Source: Nemertoderma westbladi (lineage: Eukaryota > Animalia > Xenacoelomorpha). Taken from it: 63,094 nucleotides of DNA. The stretch spans positions 1-63,094 of the forward strand of contig JAUCBJ010007905.1 of assembly GCA_032718475.1 (NCBI GenBank), written 5' to 3'. A program made the translations under genes and the position numbers. Below the pieces are notes generated by a model that was given only the letters and a program-made list of their open reading frames with translations, made no database searches and was not told where the DNA came from. Numbering within the stretch: the stretch's first letter is position 1; every line of letters starts with the position of its first letter. This document shows positions 25,801 through 37,240 of the stretch, piece by piece.

Positions 25801-28024
25801 GGAGTAAAAAGCGGCTCTATACGCTACAGCCATCGGCCGGAATGTAACCGAACAAATTGACTATCCATTAGAGAAAACTGTCTATTGGACCGACGCTTTA
25901 CTCGTGTTAGAGTATATAACCAATGAAGTCTGTCAGTTCAGCGTCTTCGTTACCAACCGGGTAGCCATCATACTTAGTCGCACGACGATGGATCAATGGA
26001 GACATTGCCCCGGAACGATTAATCCAGCAGACATCGCTTCCAGGGGAGCGACTCCAAAGGAATTGGTAAATACTCCCGAATGGTTAGGAGGACCCGACTT
26101 TCTCTACAGAGAAGAAGAAGAATGGCCTCCCCATCTCACAACAGCAGAGATCAGACAGGCCAAGGGAGCGGAGAAAGTTAAACCCAAAACTCGAGCGAGT
26201 AAATCGAAGTTGTTTAAACCTGCGGTTGATCTATCTGTATTATTTACTTCCGGAGAGGATGCTTTGGATCAGAAACCCACCGCCACGACTAAAGAAGTCT
26301 TGGAAATCCGTGACAAGGATTGGAAATCTGGAATACCAGATATCGCACAAGGACTCTCACCTCTCTTGCAGAGAGCGATACGTCACTACAGCTCCTTGAA
26401 TCGGCTCTGTAAAGCCGTCACCTATTTAAAACGATGTTTTCATCATCGTTACTCCGGGACAAAGACCAATAGTGATGATGCTCCATCAACATCTGCACGA
26501 GTCCATGTTGTTAAAGATCTTCCCCAATACAAGATATCCGACAGGTTTCTAAAGGAGAAGATCAGTTACCAGGAGCATGATGAAACCAACAAACAGATGC
26601 TGAGACTCCTACAATGCTATGAGGATCCCGATAAGTATTTCCTGTTGTTAAGAAATCCGCAGATGCTCTTAAGGGATCGCTTCTCTAGTACCATGATAGA
26701 TGGGTTAATACGTGTTGGAGGCAGGCTCACCAACGCCCCCTTATCCTTTGACACTAAGTTTCCCATACTCATTAGAAATCTTGACATACAAATCAAGATG
26801 ATTGTAGATGTTCATAGCAAACTGTACCATGCTGGTAGAGAACGAGTTCTGATCGAAATTCGAACTCGCTACTATTTTTATAAACCCCGTAGGGCTCTGA
26901 ACCAAGTTCTTAGGAACTGTATACCCTGTAGGAAAGCATTCAGTAGGCCTTTGACACAGCGAGAGGCAGAATTACCTAGGGAAAGAGTAAGCTTCTATGA
27001 ACCACCCTTTACTAATACCGGTGTGGATTTATTTGGCCCTATTGAAGTATATCGTGCTCGGACTATAGTCAAGAGATGGTGTGTCATCTTCGTTTGTATG
27101 ACTTGTAGAGCTACCCATCTCGATATGGTAAACGATCTATCTACCAACAGCTTCGTGTTGAGTTTACGACGACAGATTGCTCGTTTCGGAACCAGTAACA
27201 CGATGAGATCAGATAAGGGAACGAACTTCATTGGCGCCAACAACGAAATTCAAGCTTACGTAAAAGACTGGAACAAAAGACAGGTGGACGATCAGCTAAA
27301 GATAACAGCGTCTAGCTGGACCTTCAACGCCGCCGACGCCCCTTGGTGGGGAGGAAGTTGGGAGAGATTGATTAGGAGCGTGAAGACTGCGTTCCACTTT
27401 ATTGTACCTTGTCGCGCTTATCTCACCGACGAACTATTGCGGACGTTAATGGAAGAAATCGCCGCCTATCTCAACGAAAGACCGCTTATGCCAGTCTCTT
27501 CAAGTCCTGATTCCCTGGAAGCGCTAACACCCGCGCATTTTCTACTGAAGAAACCCGTAGCCATGCTCCCACGATCGGAGATCACAGACGGAGACGAGTA
27601 CTGCCGTCGAACCTGGCAACTTATGCAGTTGCTATCCCGTCGTTTCGCTGACCATTTCGAGAAACATTACCTGCCCACTCTACAACTTCGAACTAAGTGG
27701 TTTGCGCAGCAAGAAAACGTCAGCGCTGGAGACATGGTGCTTATTGTGGACCCCGATCTCCCACGTAAGCGATGGCAAACAGGACGTATCATCGAGACTC
27801 ATATCTCGAGCGATGGTTTGGTGCGATCCGTAGAACTCGTCGTCATGCGACGTAACTTTAAGAAACCAGGGATAGTCTTTGAGACTCAACAGCTCAATCG
27901 CCCGGTGGGACGTTTATGTTTACTGGAAAGAGACAGAGAGCTCTCCGGAAACTATGGAAGGCAAGAAACTCTTCCCACGACCACTTCCCTAATCCAACCG
28001 ACATCTAGGGACTCCCCAACTTAA
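19841..28024 (+). pseudogene. BEL/Pao gag-pol polyprotein (~2727 codons in one frame, two in-frame TAA stops)
   Basis: ORFs 19841, 24137 and 25904 share a frame. DUF1759-like FNGDEMKW, three Cys/His knuckles (CALCDGTHHLNRC, CYNCLRQGHQRRTC, CAKCGAKHHILLH), protease ALLDSGS, RT YMDD, RNase H HVFGDAS, integrase HH-CC, GVDLFGP/SDKGTNF/WERLIRSVK. Conserved motifs continue across TAA 23966-23968 (*ILIG...TRVGW..TGP) and TAA 25805-25807 (PRAE*KAAL). Confidence 0.93.
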
Positions 28025-29675
28025 TATCGTTCGGAGTGGGCGTGTGACTCTATTATTTTATATTATTTTATTATTTTATATTTATGTATGTATTACTATG
28101 TAATTTTATTATAATCGTTTTATTTAATTTAGTAGAATATTATTTAGCGATTATTTTGTAGAATAGTGCAATATATGCGTGTTTATTACGTACGTAATTA
28201 CTTATATTATATTTAGTGCGACGGCGAAGAAATAATTATTTTTTCTCTTTCCTTACTGTCCGTATTATATTATAAATACGTAACTACAGTAAGATGAAAT
28301 GTCCGTACTTATTAAAGTACAATAAATCCACTACTATATTTAAGTATTATTGGTAGGCAGAGTATTAGGAATGCAAAGTTCAGATCCTCGTGTCTCGGCT
28401 AAACCAAGCTCTGGGTAGACCTTGGAAACGACTTGCCTCTTCACACTGACATTGCTTCGTGCGATATTGCTCTCATACCGTATATTAAATAATACATATA
28501 GTAGCGTGATGTCCCTTTAACAGTAGCGTATAACGCAAAATAAATCTGTTAAACCCTTTGACCATCTGTAATTCTAGTCGATTAAGATATCGCGGCACCC
28601 ACCGATATACTTGAAAGACAAATTCTAGAATCAGTGGTTAACGTCCCCAGACAAGTTCTGGAATAAATCGGTGCCCATCTCAAATATTAATTATGTAATA
28701 TTTGCAAATCTAATAAATCAAAATCTGTAAAATTCAGATCCTTCAACAATTCTAGTCAATTAAGATATCGTAGCATTTACCGATATTCTTAAAAAGACAA
28801 TTGTCATAGAATTAAGGATCTTGTGTCCCCAGACATGTTCTGGAATCAAAATATGTCCATTTAATTATCAAATAATAAAATTTCAGGGAATCAATTTAAA
28901 TTCATGCCTTTTAATGAATTTAATAAATTGCCATTTTTACGCAATTTATAAAGTTCCCAAAATTCCATTAATTAATAGATCAAGGGAGCGGAGATTTATC
29001 TTATCATGCGTATGAGTGTGTGAAAGTCTCCCAAACATAGTCAATAGCCGATAAAATTCATAAAGTCATGTATCAAACAGGACATTGACTATTAAAGAAT
29101 ACTATTAAATAACATCCCAGATCTGTATGCATTGGAATTACCCTAATTCTACCGCTAGCTTTGCATAATGTCACCATAGCAACAACCACGCTAGAATTAG
29201 AATTGAGTTAAAAGAACAATAGAAAGCTTGTCCCATTGAATAACATAGGGAATAAATAGCGCACTGCTAGTATCCAAGGATACATAATAATACAGTGACA
29301 TTCTGGAAGGCATTGACTAACGGACAAATGGCCCGAATGTGCGTAGTTGTGACCAGTTGTGTGGTATTTGTGAGTTTATAGGTGAATGTTACTGCTAAAG
29401 TGTGTTTACAGTAGCTAGTCGCAATCGTGAAAGTAACCTAACTCTCCTAGGAAAACCTGAAGTACATCTAAGCCTTTGGGACGGACAGTTGAGTGACTTG
29501 TGCCGGTTATCGTTGTCGTTGTACGGCTACGTCGTTGGCGAAAGTACAGCGACAGCGGTACATCGGCGCTGAGAATCTCATACTGTCCGGGGGCAAGGGA
29601 GAAGTAGGCAGCGACGCCCGCTCGCCTAATAAATATATAAACTCATTATAATATTGGTGAACTCGTATAGCAGAT

Positions 29676-32600
29676 ATGACTGAATTAATAGAAGATGATC
29701 TTGGTATCAGGGAGAGATATACTCTACCTTTACAAGCGTTTGTCGATAGCTTAATACGCGGCGACGCTGATCCAACTACTACGGAGGACGATGGTCGTTA
29801 TATCGAACCGCCCATGTCCCAGGAGCAACTTACGCGTGAATTGGACTATAGAAAATTCACTGCTCGCTATACGCATCGTAATGGTACGTTTATGGACTTC
29901 CTAACTACTGGTCATCCTATTGATTTACACGACACCGACGATGTCGACACCGAAAGGGAAATGGTTTTATTTAAATATCATACCCAGCAGAGTCGAAACG
30001 ATAAATCGAGAATAGAACACGAGAACTCTATTCGAAATAAGCTCGAAAGAGAAGACGTTGAAGAACCTGATAAACGTAGCGGCTTCAACGAATATCTAGA
30101 ATTTCTAAGAGAGACCTATCTCAATGTTGCCAGTCAACAAAACCTCGAAACTCGATATCCCCAAGGTATACATCCAGATCCTATAATGGAACTCAAACGG
30201 CTCTATTTTACGATGATGTATCTTACCGCCGATCGACCACTACCTGTCGTTCCAGATAGCTTCGAACAGATGGAGGAATATTGTAAAACTGGAGAGCGAT
30301 CACCCGCGTTTCCCCTTCAAGACATACGTCTTTGGTATTACTGTGACGAATGCCCTAGACCTAACCAGCAGATCGAAAGGCATAAACATCCGCGGAGACG
30401 TTGCGCTAAACACAGTTTTACGCGATATACTTATGGGAGTTTCGAGCGAAACCTTTTCGACGTATCACCTACGGTCGCGCGCCTTAAACGATCATTGAAC
30501 AAACCCATGATCAGAGTTCCGGAATACTCGGTCAGACCTCCTCATTCCCAAGTGATACCTCAAACTCTCGATCCTAATAGTATTACGGATCCTCCCGAGC
30601 TATACTCACTGTTCAAAGATCTGGTGTTACCTGAACAGTTGATTGGTGGCACTCTGGTAGTGGGTTCGTTAGATATTCGCCAACCTTACCTCGCTGGACT
30701 AGGACGCGGTCATCTAATATCACCGTTTAACCCCTACAACCGTCCTGGCCTCCCTCCGATCCAACCTGTTACAGAAGTCGAAGAGAGCGTGATACGAAAT
30801 GCCTTGGACGCTATTCGGCAGAAAATCGGAAAAGGAACTTACGATTGCTTGGAGAAACGTAAATTGCAACAACAAGTCCAAGCGGTGAAGGAACTAGCTT
30901 TGCCCCAGTTCGATAGAGAAATACAGAATCTAGAGGAGGACATCGAACGTGGACGAACCTACTCCTTATAGGAATTCCTGGACGAGCGCTTGCAACAACA
31001 AGCGGAGGATAATCAGCTCGAGGAGAGACATATAGAGCTGACTGAGAGGGAAGAAGCTGCTTTAGCCCAACCAGAAACTCAAATTCTCGTGACGGATCTC
31101 TATTCAAAAACGATCCTCCACCCCTCGATGGTTCCTCATTTTAAAGACAAACTCTTTGCTACGGTACAGCCTCAACCGGTTAATACCGATCTCAGATCTC
31201 AAGAGCTCATTGCTGACGCTCCTATGATACAACGTCCACCCGTCGAGGCTGCTCGTGTCGATGGTGTACTTGTCGAGCCTCCGGACAATAGAGCGGATCT
31301 TGTCCGTCGCATGGTACACGATGTTAACATACGCGCTAGACCTTTGCCGGACTCATTTTATGGAATTAAGGATCATCCTTATTACGTCAATTTAAAGCAA
31401 TATTACATGGTAAAACCAGAAGATCCTACGCATAGTCTGAAGTTTCTACCATTGATAAATCCTCTTGACCTCGTCGAACTCGAACAACTACAAAAACATC
31501 TAGATCAGCTAGTTAAATTAAACTCATTTCGAAAACCGTATAATATTTCCAGAATAGAGAAAGAAATATTACCTCCGTACAATCTTGATGGATTCATTAA
31601 AACTCGATTGGTACACTGGAATCTTGACGTGTTATTCGAGGAAGAAAGAATAAAACGATATGGAGATGTGGAAACCTATACTACACAATGCTTAAAGTAT
31701 AGAGATTTACCCAATGCTAGAGAATGCGCTACTTTGTGGCATCCAGTGGGAATGACTCTCGAAAACGCCACTAAAGAATGGAACGAGACTCTTAACGTTA
31801 TCGAGATGTATGGCGTTGTTACTTATGACAACGAAGGTAGCGTTCCGGTGGGAGAACTAGGAACTACGCGAATGATACATATACGAGGACTCGCTGGTTC
31901 TACCCACGTATTCACTCGAGCGTGTTCCGACGTGATTGATTATTCTTTTGAAACCCTTACGGAGACACAAAGAAAACTTCGACATGGACAATTCGAACTC
32001 GCGCAGCGTTACGTCACCGACACCGAGCGCAAACCGGCCATGGGTATCGATGGATCAATGTTACCCCAACCTGTGCTCGAAATGTTGTTTAACGAAAGAA
32101 TCCTAAAAATCGGCTCAGCTGTTTATGGAGATCTCCAAAACGACTTCCGGAATATGGAGAACATTCCATACCCTTTCGTTGATACTCAGCTGATTGCTCC
32201 TTGGGCCGAAGGCCGAGGTTTCTTTCGCACTATGTATGCCAATACACCCAGCGACATTACTAAAGTACAACGGACATCCATCGGACATCTTGCCTTTCAA
32301 GAATATGGATGGAATTTCAAAGTTGGAAATCCTATCAATTACCAGCAAGTATATGGAGATCATTACTCTCGTTTATATTTTGATGGACCATTAACCGCGC
32401 CTGGTGCCGTATATAGCTTTATGAGTGTTCCACTTCGCCCTTCCTTAGCTATATACGCGGTCTTTGAGAACGCGGCGCTTGCCGGTTGGCTGGCCGATGT
32501 GTGCAGTCGTACCATACGCGCTCACCCATTAATACTTGGAACTAAACTCGCCAAGTTAGACGAACACAATAAGTTCATACGTTTCGAATGTTTCCGGCGC

Positions 32601-33780
32601 TTTCTGACTCCATTCCGTAACGTCGATAGTCAGTTCAAGGACCGCGCGCTGACCAAACTCAGTCTGAGAGACTCAGCTGCGGAGAAACTGAGTAGCGCTG
32701 GATTTGCAGTTTTTCAAGACGTTTGTATACAGAACTTACATTCATCTGTTATACAAAGACCCCGAGTATCTGCAGGTTATTCTGTCGTGGAAATACAGAC
32801 AGTGGGTCCACTTACGGAGACCGACGCACCCACTTCGTCTATACAGCTGGAGGATGAACCAGTATGCTTGGAATCAGAAGCGATTCAACCTACAGCTTCC
32901 TGGAGCAGTGACAATGATTATGTCATAGAGTGGTATCAAGGTCCACAGCGTCTCACAGCGTACGATTATCGACACGCCAACTACGTTTCTCGAAAACGTT
33001 GTCGATTATGCGCATCGAGAGACCACTTCACTCCTCTAGACTCGAGCGTACCTTGTTCCTATTTCCTCGAACAACCAATGATGGAAATATATTGTGCTTA
33101 TTGCCGGCTTGGGAAGCGAACGCAGATTTACATTGCGAATCCCGACATCGCTATTACCCTGGACGAGCTTACGAGGGAGTTTACGCGTTCCATCCTTACT
33201 ATTCGCGTCGATTGAACAGAAAACACGCGTACCAAGTTACGAGTTAATGAAGCATGTTGGTGAGTGTATTTCCACCAAGTTTGTCAGGAAATACCTTAGA
33301 AACGTTAACCCTAATGATATAACCACATATCACCTGATCAATTTTATCCGTCAGGACCCTGAGTATGGCGACATCTTTGTGAACTTGCATCCTGAACTAC
33401 AGGAAATATCTCGGCGACCATATGAATATCGAACCCGAGAACGCGAGCTGGAGAGAACCATTAAACCGAGAAAGTTCCTCACCACTCACGGTCCACCCAC
33501 CACTAGTGTCCAGACGACCCGTCAAGGACCCGTAGGAGCTGCTGTCCTGAGACGCGCTCTAAAGGCCGTTAGACCTCGCTCCACTGAGGTTGATATTAAT
33601 CAACCAGGTACTTCGACAGGCGGGTATACCGATCGTAACCCTGCACCTTCTGATGCAATTATATTGCACCCTTCGCCTAGGAGCTATAGCCCTCCTCGTA
33701 AAGTGGCTCGCCCCAAAGAGAAAAGGACTCTGGCTAGCTTTAAAAAACTGCGTAAACGCCGTCCGCGCAAGAAAGACTAA
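29676..33780 (+). pseudogene. Retrotransposon extra ORF: large soluble protein with DEDDy-type 3'-5' exonuclease domain and Cys/His motifs (one in-frame TAG, probable frameshift near 33100-33215)
   Basis: ORFs 29676 and 30990 are in frame across TAG 30969-30971. ExoI YGVVTYDNEG, LPQPVLEMLFNERILKIGSAVYGD (ExoII), PFVDTQLIA, SIGHLAFQEYG, PLRPSLAIYAVFE (ExoIII) follow the WRN-exo/RNase D motif order; no signal peptide or TM helix seen. Confidence 0.75.
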
Positions 33781-33858
33781 CTGTTTAGAGTATTTATGTA
33801 TTTTAGAAACTGTGATTTTGTATATTTTATAGACTTAAATCCCATTTTCTGGGAGCGG

Positions 33859-35051
33859 TGTAAAAGCTTTTGTGGGATAACTGATTCGTTCGCCTTGCTA
33901 ACCAGTTCCCCCCAGGCGCTGGAATACTCTCAAAAGGGATCTATAACTCGAATAGTGCAAGCTACCGGCTGATTGGCTGATTTGCTGTGCGAAGGGATCT
34001 GGGCTATGTTTGATCGTCCAACCAGCTTGGGAAGGTTGCTCCACAGCCCTGCTTTCTGTACCTGCCAATAGGATTTGAGTTGGTTTTGATTTCGACCTAT
34101 CACAGATCTACTGAACTGAATTTTCCTATCTGTATGCTCTTTCTCTGTGGTGGGTGGAAGCTTTTGTAAATAAGGTTATTCTTATCAGTTTTCAGTGTTG
34201 TTGGTCTTTCTGTCCTGAGCCAGGAGAGAACGGCTTGTAAATATTTTGTGCTTTTCTGTTTTAGTCTAACACTAGTAGGCTTAATTATAAGGACATATAC
34301 CCGTTATCACACTGCAAACTCAAACAAAACTGATGAACAAAACAAACCAAGTCTGCATGTAACACTGTGCATACTTTATATTGTTATACTGCTATTTACT
34401 GTCGGTCCTTCATAATATGGTTGATGAATTATTATATTTGGAATAACGATAAATAACCCCGAAACCCAATATTCTTGATATACCGAAGGTAAGAGAGAAA
34501 GGTTATATATAACGATTGTGACTTATGTTAAAGTGGTTTGAAGTGAATCTAATGTTATTTGATAGACCCTACATGAGTCGGTCCGTGTTCCTTTTATATG
34601 TGACTAAAATCAGTGAAGATCGGCAGATTAGTGTGCAGTATTGTGCAGCATTGTGTATGAGTGAGACTGATAACGAAGCATTTCCTAAAGAATGCGCCAT
34701 ATATGTGAATTATAACTAAGCCATATCGTTGTGAGTAGTTTAAGTCATAACTCTGTTTATATAGATAGAGCGCCACGTCCTAAAGGAACTGTTAATATTT
34801 CCCGAAGGTGAATAATATTGTCAGAGATTATATAATACTGTCAGTCGAATAATACATTAGGCTTACATAGCAATAAGATTAAGCCGTCGAACCCAATCTC
34901 CCGGGTATATCCAGCGGGTGAATGATCGCGCATAGATTGGTTTCGACTAGTGTAGTGAATCAAATACTTGTCATAGGCTAAAAGTGATTTATTATCTAAA
35001 AGACATCCTAATTTGGCGGGTTAAACTGCCAAAGGTCTAAAAGCGCGAACA
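33859..35051 (+). repeat. 3' LTR (1193 bp)
   Basis: Direct repeat of 16330-17522; follows purine tract, followed by TSD. Confidence 0.97.
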
Positions 35052-35157
35052 GGGTCCACGCATTAATTATCAGCTCTACTCTACCACAAATATACCCTCC
35101 TGATGTAATAATATATCCTTACATTTACATAGACACTAATTTATTTTAACATAATAG

Positions 35158-35287
35158 AATGTGCCAGAGCTGAATCGGATTACGCTAGAGCTGATTTTCA
35201 CGCGGAAGGTCCTATGTTTATTCCAAAATGCAACTCTAAAGGAAGCTTTGAACCGATTCAATACAACAGAGTGGAGGAATCACCTTG
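35158..35287 (+). CDS. Thyropin-like gene A, exon 4
   Basis: AATAG acceptor, phase fits exon 3; CARAE...MFIPKCNSKGSFEPIQ is a thyroglobulin type-1 pattern; donor TG|GTTAGT. Confidence 0.85.
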
Positions 35288-35838
35288 GTTAGTGTCCACC
35301 ACTATCATTAATTAATCGGATCATGGGGGGGGGGGGGGGGGGGGGGGGCAGAGAAGGGTCGGATCTTTAGACTGATAAAAAAATATATTTCATTGCCAAT
35401 ATTTCGTCCACAACATGTACCGTAATAAATAATAACATGAGCAGTGGATATAGGAAACTAGTGTTTTAGTTTTTTACTTAGCCCGACATACAATATCCGG
35501 TATTGCCCTGTTGCAGGCCTGTTATTTGTATAATATTTGAATACGTTAAATTGTTTAATTATTATTGCATGAATCTATTGTCGCAAATTATTCCTAAAGC
35601 GAGCCGTGATGGGAAGGGGTGGCGAGACAACAACCAGTTGTACTACGGCACAACATAGGGAAAACAGCCTGACCGCAAATCAGAGGAGATGAACAACAAT
35701 TTATTGCTTAAAGATGAAATACAATTAAGATGTATTTATTTGGAAAGTGTAATCTTTTTTTAGTATAAACTTTCTCGACATATTCCGGTATTGAAATATG
35801 TCATGTGGTAATTATTTTGTTGTTATATTATATTTTAG

Positions 35839-35932
35839 TTGCGTTTGCGTTGACAAAAATGGAGATTACATCGGGGATTGGAGTGACAACGTTGATAGAG
35901 ACAAATGTGAGCAACTTAGAAACGCCGTATGA
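35839..35932 (+). CDS. Thyropin-like gene A, exon 5
   Basis: TTTTAG acceptor; CVCVDKNGDYIGDWSDNVDRDKCEQLRNAV*; exons total 510 nt; AATAAA at 36024. Confidence 0.87.
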
Positions 35933-36519
35933 AAGATAACTTTCAGTTTGTTCAGAATATTTTCTCATATTCATTGTCTTTCTGGGTTGAGGGAATTTGG
36001 TTATGTTATCGTTACAGTATATCAATAAAACTAATTCAACAGGATATGTATTTATTTGCTTTACATAATTTATTAATTTTCATAATGTATTAAAATATAA
36101 AATTATTATTATGATTTATATTTTAGTTCCGATAAGAACTATTGTACTCAATACTGTGACAAACTAACAATGCGGCTTTCCCGAAGTTTCTTGCCACGTT
36201 TATTTGTGCCACAATCTGCCCGATCCAAGGCAGCGTTTATTCACTAACATTTGTGCCACAATCTGCCACGTAGTAGTAAGTTTATTGACTTAAATGGATT
36301 AAATTTTTATACACGGCACAAATTGAACTACAACGGTAATATAGTCCAACTGTATGACACTAAACCGCAAAAATCTCTAGATACAATTTACACCATTCAG
36401 GTCCACTGCATTAAAAATACAGAATATCAAACAAATTATAACATCAAGTACAGTATGTAGAAGCTAATTTAAGTTTTACGGAAATATATTTTAAGCACAT
36501 TATTGATAAAGCAACAAAA

Positions 36520-37240
36520 ACTATATAAATTATTCTTACAATTGAACAAGTCAGATAATGTATTCATATCAAGAATATCGATGGGACTACTGTTGCGCAC
36601 ATGCGGCGAGAGCGGGCATTCGAGAAATACAATTATGCTGCTCAGATTGAACTGAAATGCGGTCGCAAATACAGACCCTGGGCTTGGGATTCTACTCCAA
36701 CGGCCCTATTCTATTAGCAGATTGTAGGACATTAGTCGAACCCCGGTGAAGGCTACCCGAATAAATTGGGTGCACAGCAAATTCAGGATTTATAATTGAC
36801 TGGAAGTTAGAAATTTGGAGGCTGTATCTGGTTTACCTTTACTGCAATCTATAACACGATGTTTATCGTTCGTTAGTTTATTATCTAGGCAACTTTTCAG
36901 AAAACGGTAACCAACAGTGTCAGATTGTTGGACGAGAGAAAAAGCTTGAAAGGGAATTTCATTATCTTCATTTAAAAGTATTTATTTCAAAAAACGCTTA
37001 CGGGCGGCAGTGATTATTTATGTTTCACTTAGGTAGTCCTAATTCAATCAAGCATAAATCATTGGGCGTTTGCCCCCCTACACCTAATAAACAATTAATT
37101 AATCTGATATATTCTACCTTAATTGCACGAAGGTCACTAGTTAACCAGGCTTCTGCTCCATACAGTAGTACGCTAACAACACATGCCTCAAAAACTTTCA
37201 ATTTGACTGAAAAATATATACTTGTGATATTGTAACAGAA
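36520..37240 (-). mobile_element. Degenerate RTE-X-like LINE 3' fragment
   Basis: Minus strand VKLKVFEACVVSVLLYGAEAW...CLLGVGGQTPNDLCLIELG and a terminal RVCICD...EQH Cys motif, with stops. Confidence 0.7.

Larger units (their letters stand above)
16330..35051 (+). mobile_element. Full-length BEL/Pao LTR retrotransposon, 18.7 kb, with an extra exonuclease gene
   Basis: TGT...ACA LTRs, 5-bp TSD GGGTC (16325-16329, 35052-35056), gag-PR-RT-RH-IN order with BEL-type motifs, purine tract GGGAGCGG at 33851-33858. Confidence 0.97.

Noticed and set aside
29676-33780. env gene
   Set aside because: No signal peptide or transmembrane anchor seen; exonuclease motifs instead.
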